From the NCBI GenBank assembly GCA_040386535.1, contig JAZKFH010000024.1:1-64000 (forward strand): a stretch of DNA of 64,000 nucleotides, read 5' to 3'. The notes under the pieces were generated by a model. That model was given only the letters and a program-made list of their open reading frames with translations, searched no databases and was not told where the DNA came from. The stretch comes from Myxococcota bacterium. GTDB lineage: Bacteria > Myxococcota_A > UBA796 > SXON01. The position numbers and the translations under genes are program-made. This document shows, in pieces, positions 1 through 8,514 of this stretch; position 1 is the first letter of the stretch, and every line of letters begins with the position of its first letter.

Positions 1-807
1 GGCGGTGGTTCGGGCGGCGGCTCCGGCGGTGGCGGAAGCTCCGGCGGTGGTGGTGGTTCGGGCGGCGGCTCCGGCGGCGGCGGTAGCTCCGGCGGTGGCG
101 GCGGCTCCGGCGGCGGTGGTGCGGGCGGCGGCTCCGGCGGCGGCGGTAGCTCCGGCGGCGGCGGCGGTAGCTCCGGTGGTGGCGGCGGGTCCGGTGGTGG
201 CGGAAGCTCCGGCGGCGGTGGCGGAAGCTCCGGTGGCGGTAGCTCCGGCGGCGGCGGTGGTTCGGGCGGCGGCTCAGGCGGTGGCGGAAGCTCCGGCGGC
301 GGTGGCGGAAGCTCCGGCGGTGGCGGCTCCGACGGCGAAGGCCCGGGCCTGGGCTCACACAGCGGCGGCTTCGGCTCCAGCGGCGGGTCGGACGGCGGTC
401 CGTCGCATGGCGGCGGCGGCACCTCTCCCCACGCCACGCCCGACAGCGCGCTCGGGCACGGCGGAGTCTCCCCCTCTACGGGCGGCCCGGACCGAGGCGA
501 CGCGCCCAAGGTCGGCGGCGCCAAGGAGAACGCGGGCGCGGGCCCCGGCGCCGGTGGTGGGTCCGGCGGCGGCACGGGTCGGCCTCCAATCCTCGACCCG
601 TTCAGCCCGAAGCACGACGAAGTCGACGCCAAGCGGGCCGAGCGGGTCGGCGACGAGCGCGAGGCCACCAGCGGCACGACGTCCCGGGAAGGCCCGTCCG
701 GTCCGGGCACGGGCGGGGACAAGCCCGCCGGCGGATCTTCGGGCCCCTCGATGGACATCTTGAAGCGGCTCGAGCGGCTCAAGAAGGGGGCGGACGACGC
801 AACGTGA
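1..807 (+). CDS. C-terminal part of a Gly/Ser-rich low-complexity protein (5'-truncated)
   Basis: Frame +1 is open from base 1: GGGSGGGSGGGGSS...PSMDILKRLERLKKGADDAT, TGA at 805-807. Codon usage fits the genome. Missing from the ORF track because its start lies outside the window. Confidence 0.8.
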   Translation, partial: GGGSGGGSGGGGSSGGGGGSGGGSGGGGSSGGGGGSGGGGAGGGSGGGGSSGGGGGSSGGGGGSGGGGSSGGGGGSSGGGSSGGGGGSGGGSGGGGSSGGGGGSSGGGGSDGEGPGLGSHSGGFGSSGGSDGGPSHGGGGTSPHATPDSALGHGGVSPSTGGPDRGDAPKVGGAKENAGAGPGAGGGSGGGTGRPPILDPFSPKHDEVDAKRAERVGDEREATSGTTSREGPSGPGTGGDKPAGGSSGPSMDILKRLERLKKGADDAT

Positions 808-822
808 CCGTTTGGAGCGACG

Positions 823-1299
823 ATGACCGCACCGCGCTCGGTTAGGCTCACGGCCCGTATGTTCCTGTGCGGCGGCCTCGCGCTCCTCACGTCCGTGGCG
901 TGCGCGACCACGCCGCCGCGTTCTCCCGCGCCTCTTCCGGACGCGACGCTTCCAGACAGGGCGGTCCCTCCAACCATGACCCCGCCCGCCGCCCCCACTC
1001 CCGACGTTTCGGTCCCCGGAGCCCGCATGGAAGAGATCCAGGAGACCACGGTCGGCACCCTCTCGGGCGTCGACATCGGCGTCGCGAACATGTGGGAGCG
1101 GGACTTCATCGACGGCACGGGCGCGGCCCGCAAGGGCCTCACCGCGCGGATCGACTTCGAAGTCGGCGCGGAGACCCGTCGGGTCGTGGTAGGGCATGGC
1201 TCCATCCTCGAGATGGGCGGCGAGCGATGGGAGGTGGTCGCCCTCGAGAAGACCCCCGGCCAGAACGGCTCCATCACGCTCCGCTGCCTCACCCCCTGA
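823..1299 (+). CDS. Hypothetical lipoprotein
   Basis: Hydrophobic N-terminus with lipobox-like SVAC, Pro-rich linker, small beta-rich domain. Confidence 0.75.
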   Translation: MTAPRSVRLTARMFLCGGLALLTSVACATTPPRSPAPLPDATLPDRAVPPTMTPPAAPTPDVSVPGARMEEIQETTVGTLSGVDIGVANMWERDFIDGTGAARKGLTARIDFEVGAETRRVVVGHGSILEMGGERWEVVALEKTPGQNGSITLRCLTP

Positions 1300-1324
1300 A
1301 ACCGGTCCGTCCGGAGGCTGCTGC

Positions 1325-1969
1325 GTGGCATCCCGTCCTTCCGATCCCCTCCTCGCCTTCCTGCGCGACGCCGTCCGCAAGAAGGGGCTGAACACCGCCG
1401 AGCTCGCCGCGCGCACCGGGCTCGACCGCGCGAAGCTCAAGCACAGCCTCGCCGGCCATGAAGACCTCACCGTCGACGATCTGATCGCGCTGTCCAAGGC
1501 GCTCGAGCTCACGCCCGCCGAGCTCGGCCTCGCCGGTGTCGAAGGCGCCGATACGCCGATCGACACGCTCGTCGCCGCGCCCCCCGAGCCCATCGCGGGG
1601 CCGGACCCCTTCGGAAACCTCTCCCGCCAGGTGGTCGAGCACGGCTTCGCCCTCGGGATCGATCTGTTCCTGGTGCTCGACACGACGCAGCTCGTCGGCA
1701 GCGGCATTCCCCGCCAGGTCCTCGACGAGCAACGCGAGCAGCTCCGCCTCCGGATGGAGGCGCGGTGGTTCCCACAGAACAAGGCGCGCTTCCTCGATGA
1801 CGCGATGGTCTGCATGCTCTCGTTCGACGCGCTGTACGAGTGCACGTTGCCGTGGTCGGCCTTCCGCTCCGTCACCTTCCTGCTCCCCGCGGAGGCGCAC
1901 GTGCCCACGACACCCGAGCCGCCGGCTCCCGTACGCCCTGCCGCCCCCTTCTTGAGGATCGTCAAGTAG
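1325..1969 (+). CDS. XRE-family HTH protein fused to an SspB-like (ClpXP adaptor) domain
   Basis: N-terminal LRDAVRKKGLNTAELAARTGLDRAKLKHSLAG (cro/XRE HTH). C-terminal FLVLD...GIP...LSFDALYECTLPWSAF is SspB-like. Pro-rich linker then terminal FLRIVK. GTG start at 1325 inferred. Confidence 0.75.
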   Translation: MASRPSDPLLAFLRDAVRKKGLNTAELAARTGLDRAKLKHSLAGHEDLTVDDLIALSKALELTPAELGLAGVEGADTPIDTLVAAPPEPIAGPDPFGNLSRQVVEHGFALGIDLFLVLDTTQLVGSGIPRQVLDEQREQLRLRMEARWFPQNKARFLDDAMVCMLSFDALYECTLPWSAFRSVTFLLPAEAHVPTTPEPPAPVRPAAPFLRIVK

Positions 1970-1971
1970 CG

Positions 1972-3345
1972 ATGCGCACGATCCCGCGGCGGGCGCTGCT
2001 CGCCCTCGGGGTCGGCCTCCTCACCCTCGGCGGGATCGGCTTCGGCACGGCGGGCGGATCCTCCGCGCCTCCCCTCCCCGACCCCGCGTCCACGCCCGTC
2101 CCCGCGGCGCCCCTCGTGGGAATCGACGGCCTGCGGTTCGGCCTCGGGATCAACGAGGCCGTCGCGGTGCCCCAGAAGTTGCTCCGGGCGGGGCACTTCA
2201 CGCCCGCCTCGCTGGCAGAACACCTCGATCGCGACGCCTCGCGCGCGGCGGGGCTCGGCGCTCGCCTCACCCGTGGCAACAGCGGCGCGTTCCCGCGCAC
2301 CTCCTGGTGGGCGCACATCAACGAGCCGGGCGCCGCGGACGACACCGACCTCTGGGTGCGCACGGTGCAGGCCCACGATCTCGAGCCGGTGCTCATGGTG
2401 AGCCCGTGGCCGGGCAACCGTTCCGCCAACGTCACCCTCACGTACGTGCCCGCGGACATGCCCGCCTACACGACCTGGGTGCGCGCGCTGGTCGAGCGCT
2501 ACGACGGCGACGGGGTGGACGACATGCCCGGCCTCACGCGCCCGGTGCGGTACTGGGAGGTCGACAACGAGCCCGACCTGAAGTTCACCGTGCCGCCACG
2601 GGACGCGACGCGAAAGGTCCCGCCGGGGAGCTTCTGCACCCCCGAGGAGGCCGCCACCGTGCTCCTGGCCACCTCCAAGGCGATCCGCGAGGCCTCGCCG
2701 GGCGCCAAGGTGCTCAACGGCGGCCTCTACCGGCCCTTCGCGGAGAGCGGCCAGGCCTATCTACGCGCGCTCGTCGCGGTCCCGGGCGTGCTCGACGCCT
2801 TCGACATCCTCTCGCTGCACACCTACGCCTCCGACGAACACGGCGATGCCTACGCGCGCGGCCTCCGCGCGGCGCGGGCGCTGGTCCCGGGAAAGCCCCT
2901 CTTCGTGACGGAGACCAGCGTGGCGAGCGAGGGCGAGGAGCGTTGGATGAGCCCCACATGGCAGGCCCGGATGGTCGCCTCGGCGGTGGGGCGCGGCGCG
3001 GTGGAGGGCGCCAACGCGGTGTTCTGGCACACCCTGGCCGACCCGCCCGTGGTCGGCCGTCGCAGCGGCTTCGAGCGCCACTCGCTCCTGACCGGCGCCC
3101 GGGACGGAAGCGCGACCGAGAAGCCCGCGGCCGCCGTGTACCGCCACCTCGCCGCGCGCCTCGCCGAGGACGATCTGACGGGCGCGACCCAGGATGGCGA
3201 GGGCGCGGCCCGCCTCCGCAGCGGCGCCGTCCTGCTCTACGAGGGCACGCGCGATGCTCTTGCGGGCGGCGTCGATCTTCGGGATGGAACGCCGACTTCC
3301 ATCGGCGGCACCGCGACCGCCCCTGCGTGGATTTGGCCGATTTGA
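1972..3345 (+). CDS. Secreted clan GH-A glycoside hydrolase (GH39/GH5-like)
   Basis: Signal peptide (RR then hydrophobic stretch); YWEVDNEPD acid/base motif, LSLHTY, FVTETS nucleophile motif. ATG 1972 directly follows the upstream stop. Confidence 0.8.
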   Translation: MRTIPRRALLALGVGLLTLGGIGFGTAGGSSAPPLPDPASTPVPAAPLVGIDGLRFGLGINEAVAVPQKLLRAGHFTPASLAEHLDRDASRAAGLGARLTRGNSGAFPRTSWWAHINEPGAADDTDLWVRTVQAHDLEPVLMVSPWPGNRSANVTLTYVPADMPAYTTWVRALVERYDGDGVDDMPGLTRPVRYWEVDNEPDLKFTVPPRDATRKVPPGSFCTPEEAATVLLATSKAIREASPGAKVLNGGLYRPFAESGQAYLRALVAVPGVLDAFDILSLHTYASDEHGDAYARGLRAARALVPGKPLFVTETSVASEGEERWMSPTWQARMVASAVGRGAVEGANAVFWHTLADPPVVGRRSGFERHSLLTGARDGSATEKPAAAVYRHLAARLAEDDLTGATQDGEGAARLRSGAVLLYEGTRDALAGGVDLRDGTPTSIGGTATAPAWIWPI

Positions 3346-3415
3346 GCGCCGGCTCTTTCTCCGTCTGATGACGCTTTCTCACATGACGGGGGCGCTCGGG
3401 TGCTTAAGCTCCCGA

Positions 3416-3601
3416 ATGCGCTTCGCTGCTTCCCCCCTCCTCGTCGCGGTTGCCCTCGGGCTCCTCGGCCCGGCCGCACTCGATGCCGAGGAGGACGATC
3501 TCGAGGGGATCGCCTCCGAGTCAACGTCGTCGAGCATGCCCGGCGCGGCCGATGGTCAGGAGGACCCCTACGCGCGTCCCTCGTCCGCTCACGAGTCGTA
3601 G
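3416..3601 (+). CDS. Possible small secreted acidic protein (61 aa)
   Basis: MRFAASPLLVAVALGLLGPAALDAEEDD...: signal-peptide-like start, fills the gap between two GH genes. No clear RBS. Confidence 0.4.
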   Translation: MRFAASPLLVAVALGLLGPAALDAEEDDLEGIASESTSSSMPGAADGQEDPYARPSSAHES

Positions 3602-3635
3602 GTCCGGTTCGAGCGCACCGCGGTAGACTCGTGGC

Positions 3636-5879
3636 GTGCTCACCCTCCTCCTCGTCGCTTGTGCCCCGCCCGCCGATGTCGGCGGGTTCTCGATCACCAC
3701 CAGCAAGGATGGTGGCCTCACGATCGTCGATCCGCGGGGGCTCGTCCTCGTCGACGGGCTGAGGTTCGCCGTCGGCGCGGGGGACGAGTCCCTCGAGATG
3801 AAGTCGGGCAGCTACCGCGCCACCGGCGGAAGCACGACCTGGACCCCCGTGCTCGCCGGCCGCCCCTGGGGCCGCGAGCAGGTGCTCACGGTGCCGCTCA
3901 CGGACGGCGAGAAGGCCGAGATCGGGCGCCTCCAGCTCTACCTCGCGGGCGGCGACGTGCTCCGGGTCGACGTTTCCAGCGTCGGCAACCGCCTCCGGTG
4001 GGACGCGCCCTGCACGGGGGACGACGCCTTCGCGGGCCTGGGCTCGCATGTCGACGTGGACCACACGGGAGAGGCGTTCCCGCTGTGGGTGAGCGAGCCC
4101 GGGGTCGGCAAGGTGGACGACGACGTGCAGCCGGACGACTGGTTCTTCACCGGCACAAAGCACGCCACCAGCTACCCCGACCCGTTCCTCGTGCGCCCCG
4201 AGCCGTTCGGGCTCGCGGTGGCGGGCACGCCCCGCATCGAGGCCGACCTCTGCACCGGCAGCCGATGGACACTCGACGTCTGGAGCGGCTCGCCCTCCTT
4301 CCTCGTGTTCGCCGGGGAAACCCCGCTCCAGATCGTCGAGGCGCACGCGCTCGCCGCCGGCGCTCCGATGTTGCCGCCCAACTGGGCGTTCGCGCCGTGG
4401 AACGACGCGGTGGGGGGCGCGGAGCGCGTGCGCCAGGTGGCCGCCACGTTGCGCGAGGCGGGCGCGTCGTCCTCCGTCATCTGGACCGAGGACTGGAAGG
4501 GCGGGGAGGAGACGGCCTTCGGCTACCACCTCACCGCCGAGTGGACCCTCGACGAGGCGCTCTACCCCGACGCGCTGACGCTCGACGGCGAGCTCGAAGC
4601 CGCCGGCTTCAAGTGGCTCGCCTACTTCTCACCGTTCGTGTCCGAAACCTCCGCTGCTTGGGCGGAGGCCGAGTCCCTCGTGATCGAGGACGCCGACGGC
4701 GCGCCCTACCTCTTCCCCGGCATCACGTTCGACCCCACCAGCGTGCTCGACCTGTCCCGTATCGACGCGCGCAGCTGGGCCCAGGACCGGATGACCGACG
4801 CCCTCGCGCTCGGCTTCGACGGGTGGATGCTCGACTTCGGCGAGTGGCTCCCCCCCGACGCCGAGCTCGCCTCCGCCGACGCGATCGACGACCACAACGC
4901 CTACCCCGGGTGGTGGCAGCTCACGAACGCCGAGGCCGTCGCCCCGTTCGACGCCGTGACCTTCTCCCGCAGCGGATGGACCGGCACCGCCACGCTCTCG
5001 CCCGTCACCTGGGCGGGAGACCAGCGCACCTCCTTCGACGCGGACGACGGCTTCCCCACGGTGATCCCCCTCGGTATCGGCGCCGGCATCGCGGGCGTGC
5101 CGATGTTCGGCCACGACATCGGCGGGTACAACTCCATCGGCAACGACCCCTCCACCAAGGAGCTGTGGTTCCGATGGTGCACGCTCGGCGCCTTCACGCC
5201 GGTCATGCGCACCCATCATGGGGCGTTCAAGGACGACAACTGGCAGTTCGACACGGACGCGGAGACGGTCGCCCACTATGCTCGCTGGGCGAACGTGCAC
5301 ACGGCGCTGTACCCGTACCTCCGCGGGCTCGCCGCGAAGGCGGTGACTGGCGGCCGGCCGCTCGTCCTCGCCCCCTTCCTCCTCTACCCGGACGAGCCCT
5401 GGGGCCGTACGGACGCCTGGATGCTCGGCGCCTCCCTGTTCGTGGCGCCGGTGCTGGAAGAGGGTGCCGTCGGGCGCGACGTCGCGCTCCCCACGGGTGC
5501 GACCTGGTACGACTGGTGGACGGGCGCGCCCGCCACGAGCGGCTGGGTGGATGTCGCCGTCGCCGACATCGCGGTCTTCGCGCCGGCGGGCGCCATCGTG
5601 CCGGTGTTCACGGAGGCCCCGGACACCCTCGTCTCCGGGACGCTCGCTGGCCTCACCACGCTCGACGACGCCGACGGGCACCGCACCCTCCGCGTGTTCG
5701 CGGGCGCCGCGGGCTCGTTCATCGAGGCGGACGGAACGTCCTACACGACCGATGGGACGGCGGATGGCTCGGGGACGAACGTGGCGACGCTCGCCGCCGG
5801 CGACCTCTCGGCAGGGGGGCTGACGCTCACGATCGACGGCACGGTCGAGCGCACGTACACCCTCGAGGTGTACCGCTGA
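3636..5879 (+). CDS. GH31 alpha-glycosidase, lipoprotein (YihQ-related)
   Basis: GWMLDFGE nucleophile, WAGDQ acid/base, HDIGGY, RWCTLGAFTPVMRTH, LFVAPV. Short lipobox LVAC. Confidence 0.9.
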   Translation: MLTLLLVACAPPADVGGFSITTSKDGGLTIVDPRGLVLVDGLRFAVGAGDESLEMKSGSYRATGGSTTWTPVLAGRPWGREQVLTVPLTDGEKAEIGRLQLYLAGGDVLRVDVSSVGNRLRWDAPCTGDDAFAGLGSHVDVDHTGEAFPLWVSEPGVGKVDDDVQPDDWFFTGTKHATSYPDPFLVRPEPFGLAVAGTPRIEADLCTGSRWTLDVWSGSPSFLVFAGETPLQIVEAHALAAGAPMLPPNWAFAPWNDAVGGAERVRQVAATLREAGASSSVIWTEDWKGGEETAFGYHLTAEWTLDEALYPDALTLDGELEAAGFKWLAYFSPFVSETSAAWAEAESLVIEDADGAPYLFPGITFDPTSVLDLSRIDARSWAQDRMTDALALGFDGWMLDFGEWLPPDAELASADAIDDHNAYPGWWQLTNAEAVAPFDAVTFSRSGWTGTATLSPVTWAGDQRTSFDADDGFPTVIPLGIGAGIAGVPMFGHDIGGYNSIGNDPSTKELWFRWCTLGAFTPVMRTHHGAFKDDNWQFDTDAETVAHYARWANVHTALYPYLRGLAAKAVTGGRPLVLAPFLLYPDEPWGRTDAWMLGASLFVAPVLEEGAVGRDVALPTGATWYDWWTGAPATSGWVDVAVADIAVFAPAGAIVPVFTEAPDTLVSGTLAGLTTLDDADGHRTLRVFAGAAGSFIEADGTSYTTDGTADGSGTNVATLAAGDLSAGGLTLTIDGTVERTYTLEVYR

Positions 5880-5901
5880 CTCGAGATACCGCCGACGGCT
5901 G

Positions 5902-6072
5902 CTACAGGTACGTCGTGATCCCTTCGATGACCGCGTAGATCACGTTGGTCGCCGAGGCGAAATTGCGGAACGCGGCCACGCAGGCCACCGCCACGAGCGT
6001 GCCGATCAGCGCGTACTCGATGGCCGTGGCGCCGGCTTCGTCGCGAATGAACGCATCAAAGGCTCGACCCAT
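5902..6072 (-). CDS. flp: Flp/Fap type IVb pilin
   Basis: MGRAFDAFIRDEAG/ATAIEYALIGTLVAVACVAAF is the canonical Flp motif (G|A-T-A-I-E-Y). GGAGG RBS upstream. Confidence 0.9.
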   Translation of the reverse strand: MGRAFDAFIRDEAGATAIEYALIGTLVAVACVAAFRNFASATNVIYAVIEGITTYL

Positions 6073-6149
6073 ACCGACCTCCGCTTTGACGAAGCCTACA
6101 CCCCCGCCTCCACCCCTACAAGCCCTGTAGTGGCTGAGTAAGGATCGCG

Positions 6150-7127
6150 TCAGATCGCGTCCGCCGCTCCCGGCGCCCCGCCCAGCCGATCCGCCATCTC
6201 CTCGGTCGCGGCCACCAGCTCCGCCTCGATCCCGGGCTCGAAGGCGCTGTGGCCGGCGTCGGGCACCATCACGAGGCGCGCGTCGGGCCAGGCGCCGTGC
6301 AGATCCCACGCCGAGGTCATCGGGCAGACCACGTCGTAACGGCCCTGCACGATCACGCCGGGGATGCCGCTCAACCGCGACGCGTGGTGCAGGAGGTGGT
6401 CGTCGCGCTGGAAGAAGCCGCGATGGACGAAGTAGTGGCACTCGATGCGGGCGAAGGCGAGCGCGAACGTGGCGTCCTCGTACTTCGACACGAGATCCTC
6501 GCTCACCAGGAGCTTGCTCGTACGGGCCTCCCAGATGCTCCAAGCGCGCGCGGCCGCGAGGCGCACGTCGGCGTCCTCCGACGTGAGGCGCTTGTAGTAG
6601 GCGCCCACGAGATCATGGCGCTCGTCGCCAGGGATGGGCGCGAGGTAGTCCTCCCACGCGTCCGGAAACAGGAAGTGTGCGCCGCCCTGATAGAACCAGC
6701 GGATCTCCTTGTCGCGCAGCAGGAAGATGCCGCGGAGCACCATCCCCGACACGCGCTCGGGCCAGGTCTCCGCGTAGGCCAGGGCGAGCGTGCTCCCCCA
6801 GCTCCCGCCGAACACCACCCAGCGCTCGATCCCGAGGAGCTCGCGGAGCTTCTCCATGTCCGCCACGAGATCCCACGTCGTGTTCTCGCGGAGCTCGGCG
6901 TGCGGCGTGCTCTTGCCGCTCCCGCGCTGATCGAAGAGCACGATGCGGTAGCGCGCCGGGTCGAAGAAGCGCCGGTGGGTAGGCTCGGTGCCGGAGCCGG
7001 GCCCGCCGTGCACGAACACCACCGGGATGCCGTCGGGGTTCCCGGACTCCTCCCAGTACACGGTGTGGAGCGGGGACACCGACAACATGCCGGTCTTGTT
7101 GGTTTCGAGGGCGGGGAACAGCGGCAC
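6150..7127 (-). CDS. pip: Prolyl aminopeptidase (proline iminopeptidase)
   Basis: HGGPG, FDQRGSG, GGSWG nucleophile, GRYDVVCP, AGHS. Confidence 0.95.
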   Translation of the reverse strand: MPLFPALETNKTGMLSVSPLHTVYWEESGNPDGIPVVFVHGGPGSGTEPTHRRFFDPARYRIVLFDQRGSGKSTPHAELRENTTWDLVADMEKLRELLGIERWVVFGGSWGSTLALAYAETWPERVSGMVLRGIFLLRDKEIRWFYQGGAHFLFPDAWEDYLAPIPGDERHDLVGAYYKRLTSEDADVRLAAARAWSIWEARTSKLLVSEDLVSKYEDATFALAFARIECHYFVHRGFFQRDDHLLHHASRLSGIPGVIVQGRYDVVCPMTSAWDLHGAWPDARLVMVPDAGHSAFEPGIEAELVAATEEMADRLGGAPGAADAI

Positions 7128-7148
7128 GGGGGCTCCGAGGCAGGGGAG

Positions 7149-7856
7149 TCAGAAGGTGAGGGCGGGGTCCCCGGGCTCGAGGCGCCAGGGGCCGCGGCGC
7201 GTGTCGCGCTCGACGAGCTCCCGCAGCCGCACCAGGTAGCGCTCGCGCGGCCAGTGTTCGGCGCCGAACCGGGCGAGGTGCTCGGTGTAGACCTGGCTGT
7301 CGATCAGCGCCACGCCGCGCGCCTGCATCCACCGGACCAGCACGGCAAACGCACACTTGCTCGCGTCGGGCGCGTCGGTGAACATGCTCTCGCCGAAGTA
7401 CATGTCGCCGAGGGACACCCCGTACAGCCCGCCCACGAGCACGCCGTCGCGCCAGGCCTCGGCGGAGTGCGCCAGCCCGAGCTCGAACAGGTGCTCGTAG
7501 GCGCGGACCATGGCCCGCGTGATCCACGTCCCGTCCTGGTTCGGGCGCGGCGTGCGCGCGCAGGCGGTCATCACCTGCGAGAACGCCGTGTCGAAGCGGA
7601 TCTCGTAGTCCCCCCGGCGGAGGATCTTCGCGAGGCTGCGCGGCACGTGAAGCTTGTCCGGCTCGAGCACGAACCGCGGGTCGGGAGAGTGCCACCAGAT
7701 GGGCTGGCCCTCGCTGTACCAGGGGAAGATCCCCGCCCGGTAGGCCGCCAGGAGGCGCTCCGGGCGCAGATCCCCGCCCACGGCGAGCAGGCCACCGGCC
7801 TCCGCCAGCTCGGGCGGGGGGAACAGGGGCAGGTCGTTCAGTCGATAGACCGGCAC
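7149..7856 (-). CDS. aat: Leucyl/phenylalanyl-tRNA--protein transferase
   Basis: GLLAVGGDL, AYRAGIFPW, WHSPDPR, GGLYGV, FGESMF, DASK. Confidence 0.95.
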   Translation of the reverse strand: MPVYRLNDLPLFPPPELAEAGGLLAVGGDLRPERLLAAYRAGIFPWYSEGQPIWWHSPDPRFVLEPDKLHVPRSLAKILRRGDYEIRFDTAFSQVMTACARTPRPNQDGTWITRAMVRAYEHLFELGLAHSAEAWRDGVLVGGLYGVSLGDMYFGESMFTDAPDASKCAFAVLVRWMQARGVALIDSQVYTEHLARFGAEHWPRERYLVRLRELVERDTRRGPWRLEPGDPALTF

Positions 7857-7859
7857 GAA

Positions 7860-8471
7860 CTAACGCCCCCAGAGGCTCGGAAGGCCGTCGTCATCGAGGT
7901 CGGTCGTGTAGTCGGCCAGGAGCGGCGCCAGGGCGTCGCGCAACTTCGCGGTCGCGACGAAGGCCGCGGTCATCGGCCCGTGCCAGGGCTCTCCGGCCGC
8001 GCGCTCCAGCGCCACCTTCGCCAGGGCGCAGACCTCGGCCTCGCGCGCGGAAGCGTCGATCGGCTGGAGCACGTCGGCCGGGATCTGGTCGTAGTAGTCG
8101 CGGAACTGGCTCGTCGGCGCGAGGACCGCGCGCAGGCCGTAGCGCTCGGTCAGGCCCGCCTGCAACCGGAGGCAACTATGCTCGCGCCAGTCGAGCTCCG
8201 CGTCGAGGGCAAAGCCCCAGTCGCGCTCGTGGAAGGTCTCGAGCCCGTTGGTGATCCAGTGGCAGAACTCGTGGAGGATCATCTGCGCGGTGGTGTCGTC
8301 CGCGTCCAACGTGTCGAAGGGGCCGAGCTCGAGCAGGCCGGTGCCGTCGGTCGACGAGAAGATCGCGGGGTTGCGACGAACGCGCAGGCCGAGCCGACGC
8401 GCCGTGGCGAGCCACACGAGATCCAACGGATCACGGTAGCGGGCGAGGACGGGGCGGACGTAGTCGGACAC
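7860..8471 (-). CDS. HEXXH-motif hypothetical protein
   Basis: LAQ-like segment AQMILHEFCHWITNG...DWG. Genome-typical codons. GTG start at 8471 inferred; ends 4 nt before the aat start. Confidence 0.75.
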   Translation of the reverse strand: MSDYVRPVLARYRDPLDLVWLATARRLGLRVRRNPAIFSSTDGTGLLELGPFDTLDADDTTAQMILHEFCHWITNGLETFHERDWGFALDAELDWREHSCLRLQAGLTERYGLRAVLAPTSQFRDYYDQIPADVLQPIDASAREAEVCALAKVALERAAGEPWHGPMTAAFVATAKLRDALAPLLADYTTDLDDDGLPSLWGR

Positions 8472-8514
8472 CGGATGTTCCACGGTCGGCGCGATTAGCA
8501 CGATAGGAGCGCGG

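Noticed and set aside
5..763. Ala/Val/Pro-rich 252-aa ORF in the track
   Set aside because: Out-of-frame shadow of the Gly/Ser-rich frame +1 gene, which has normal codon usage and a protein-like C-terminus.
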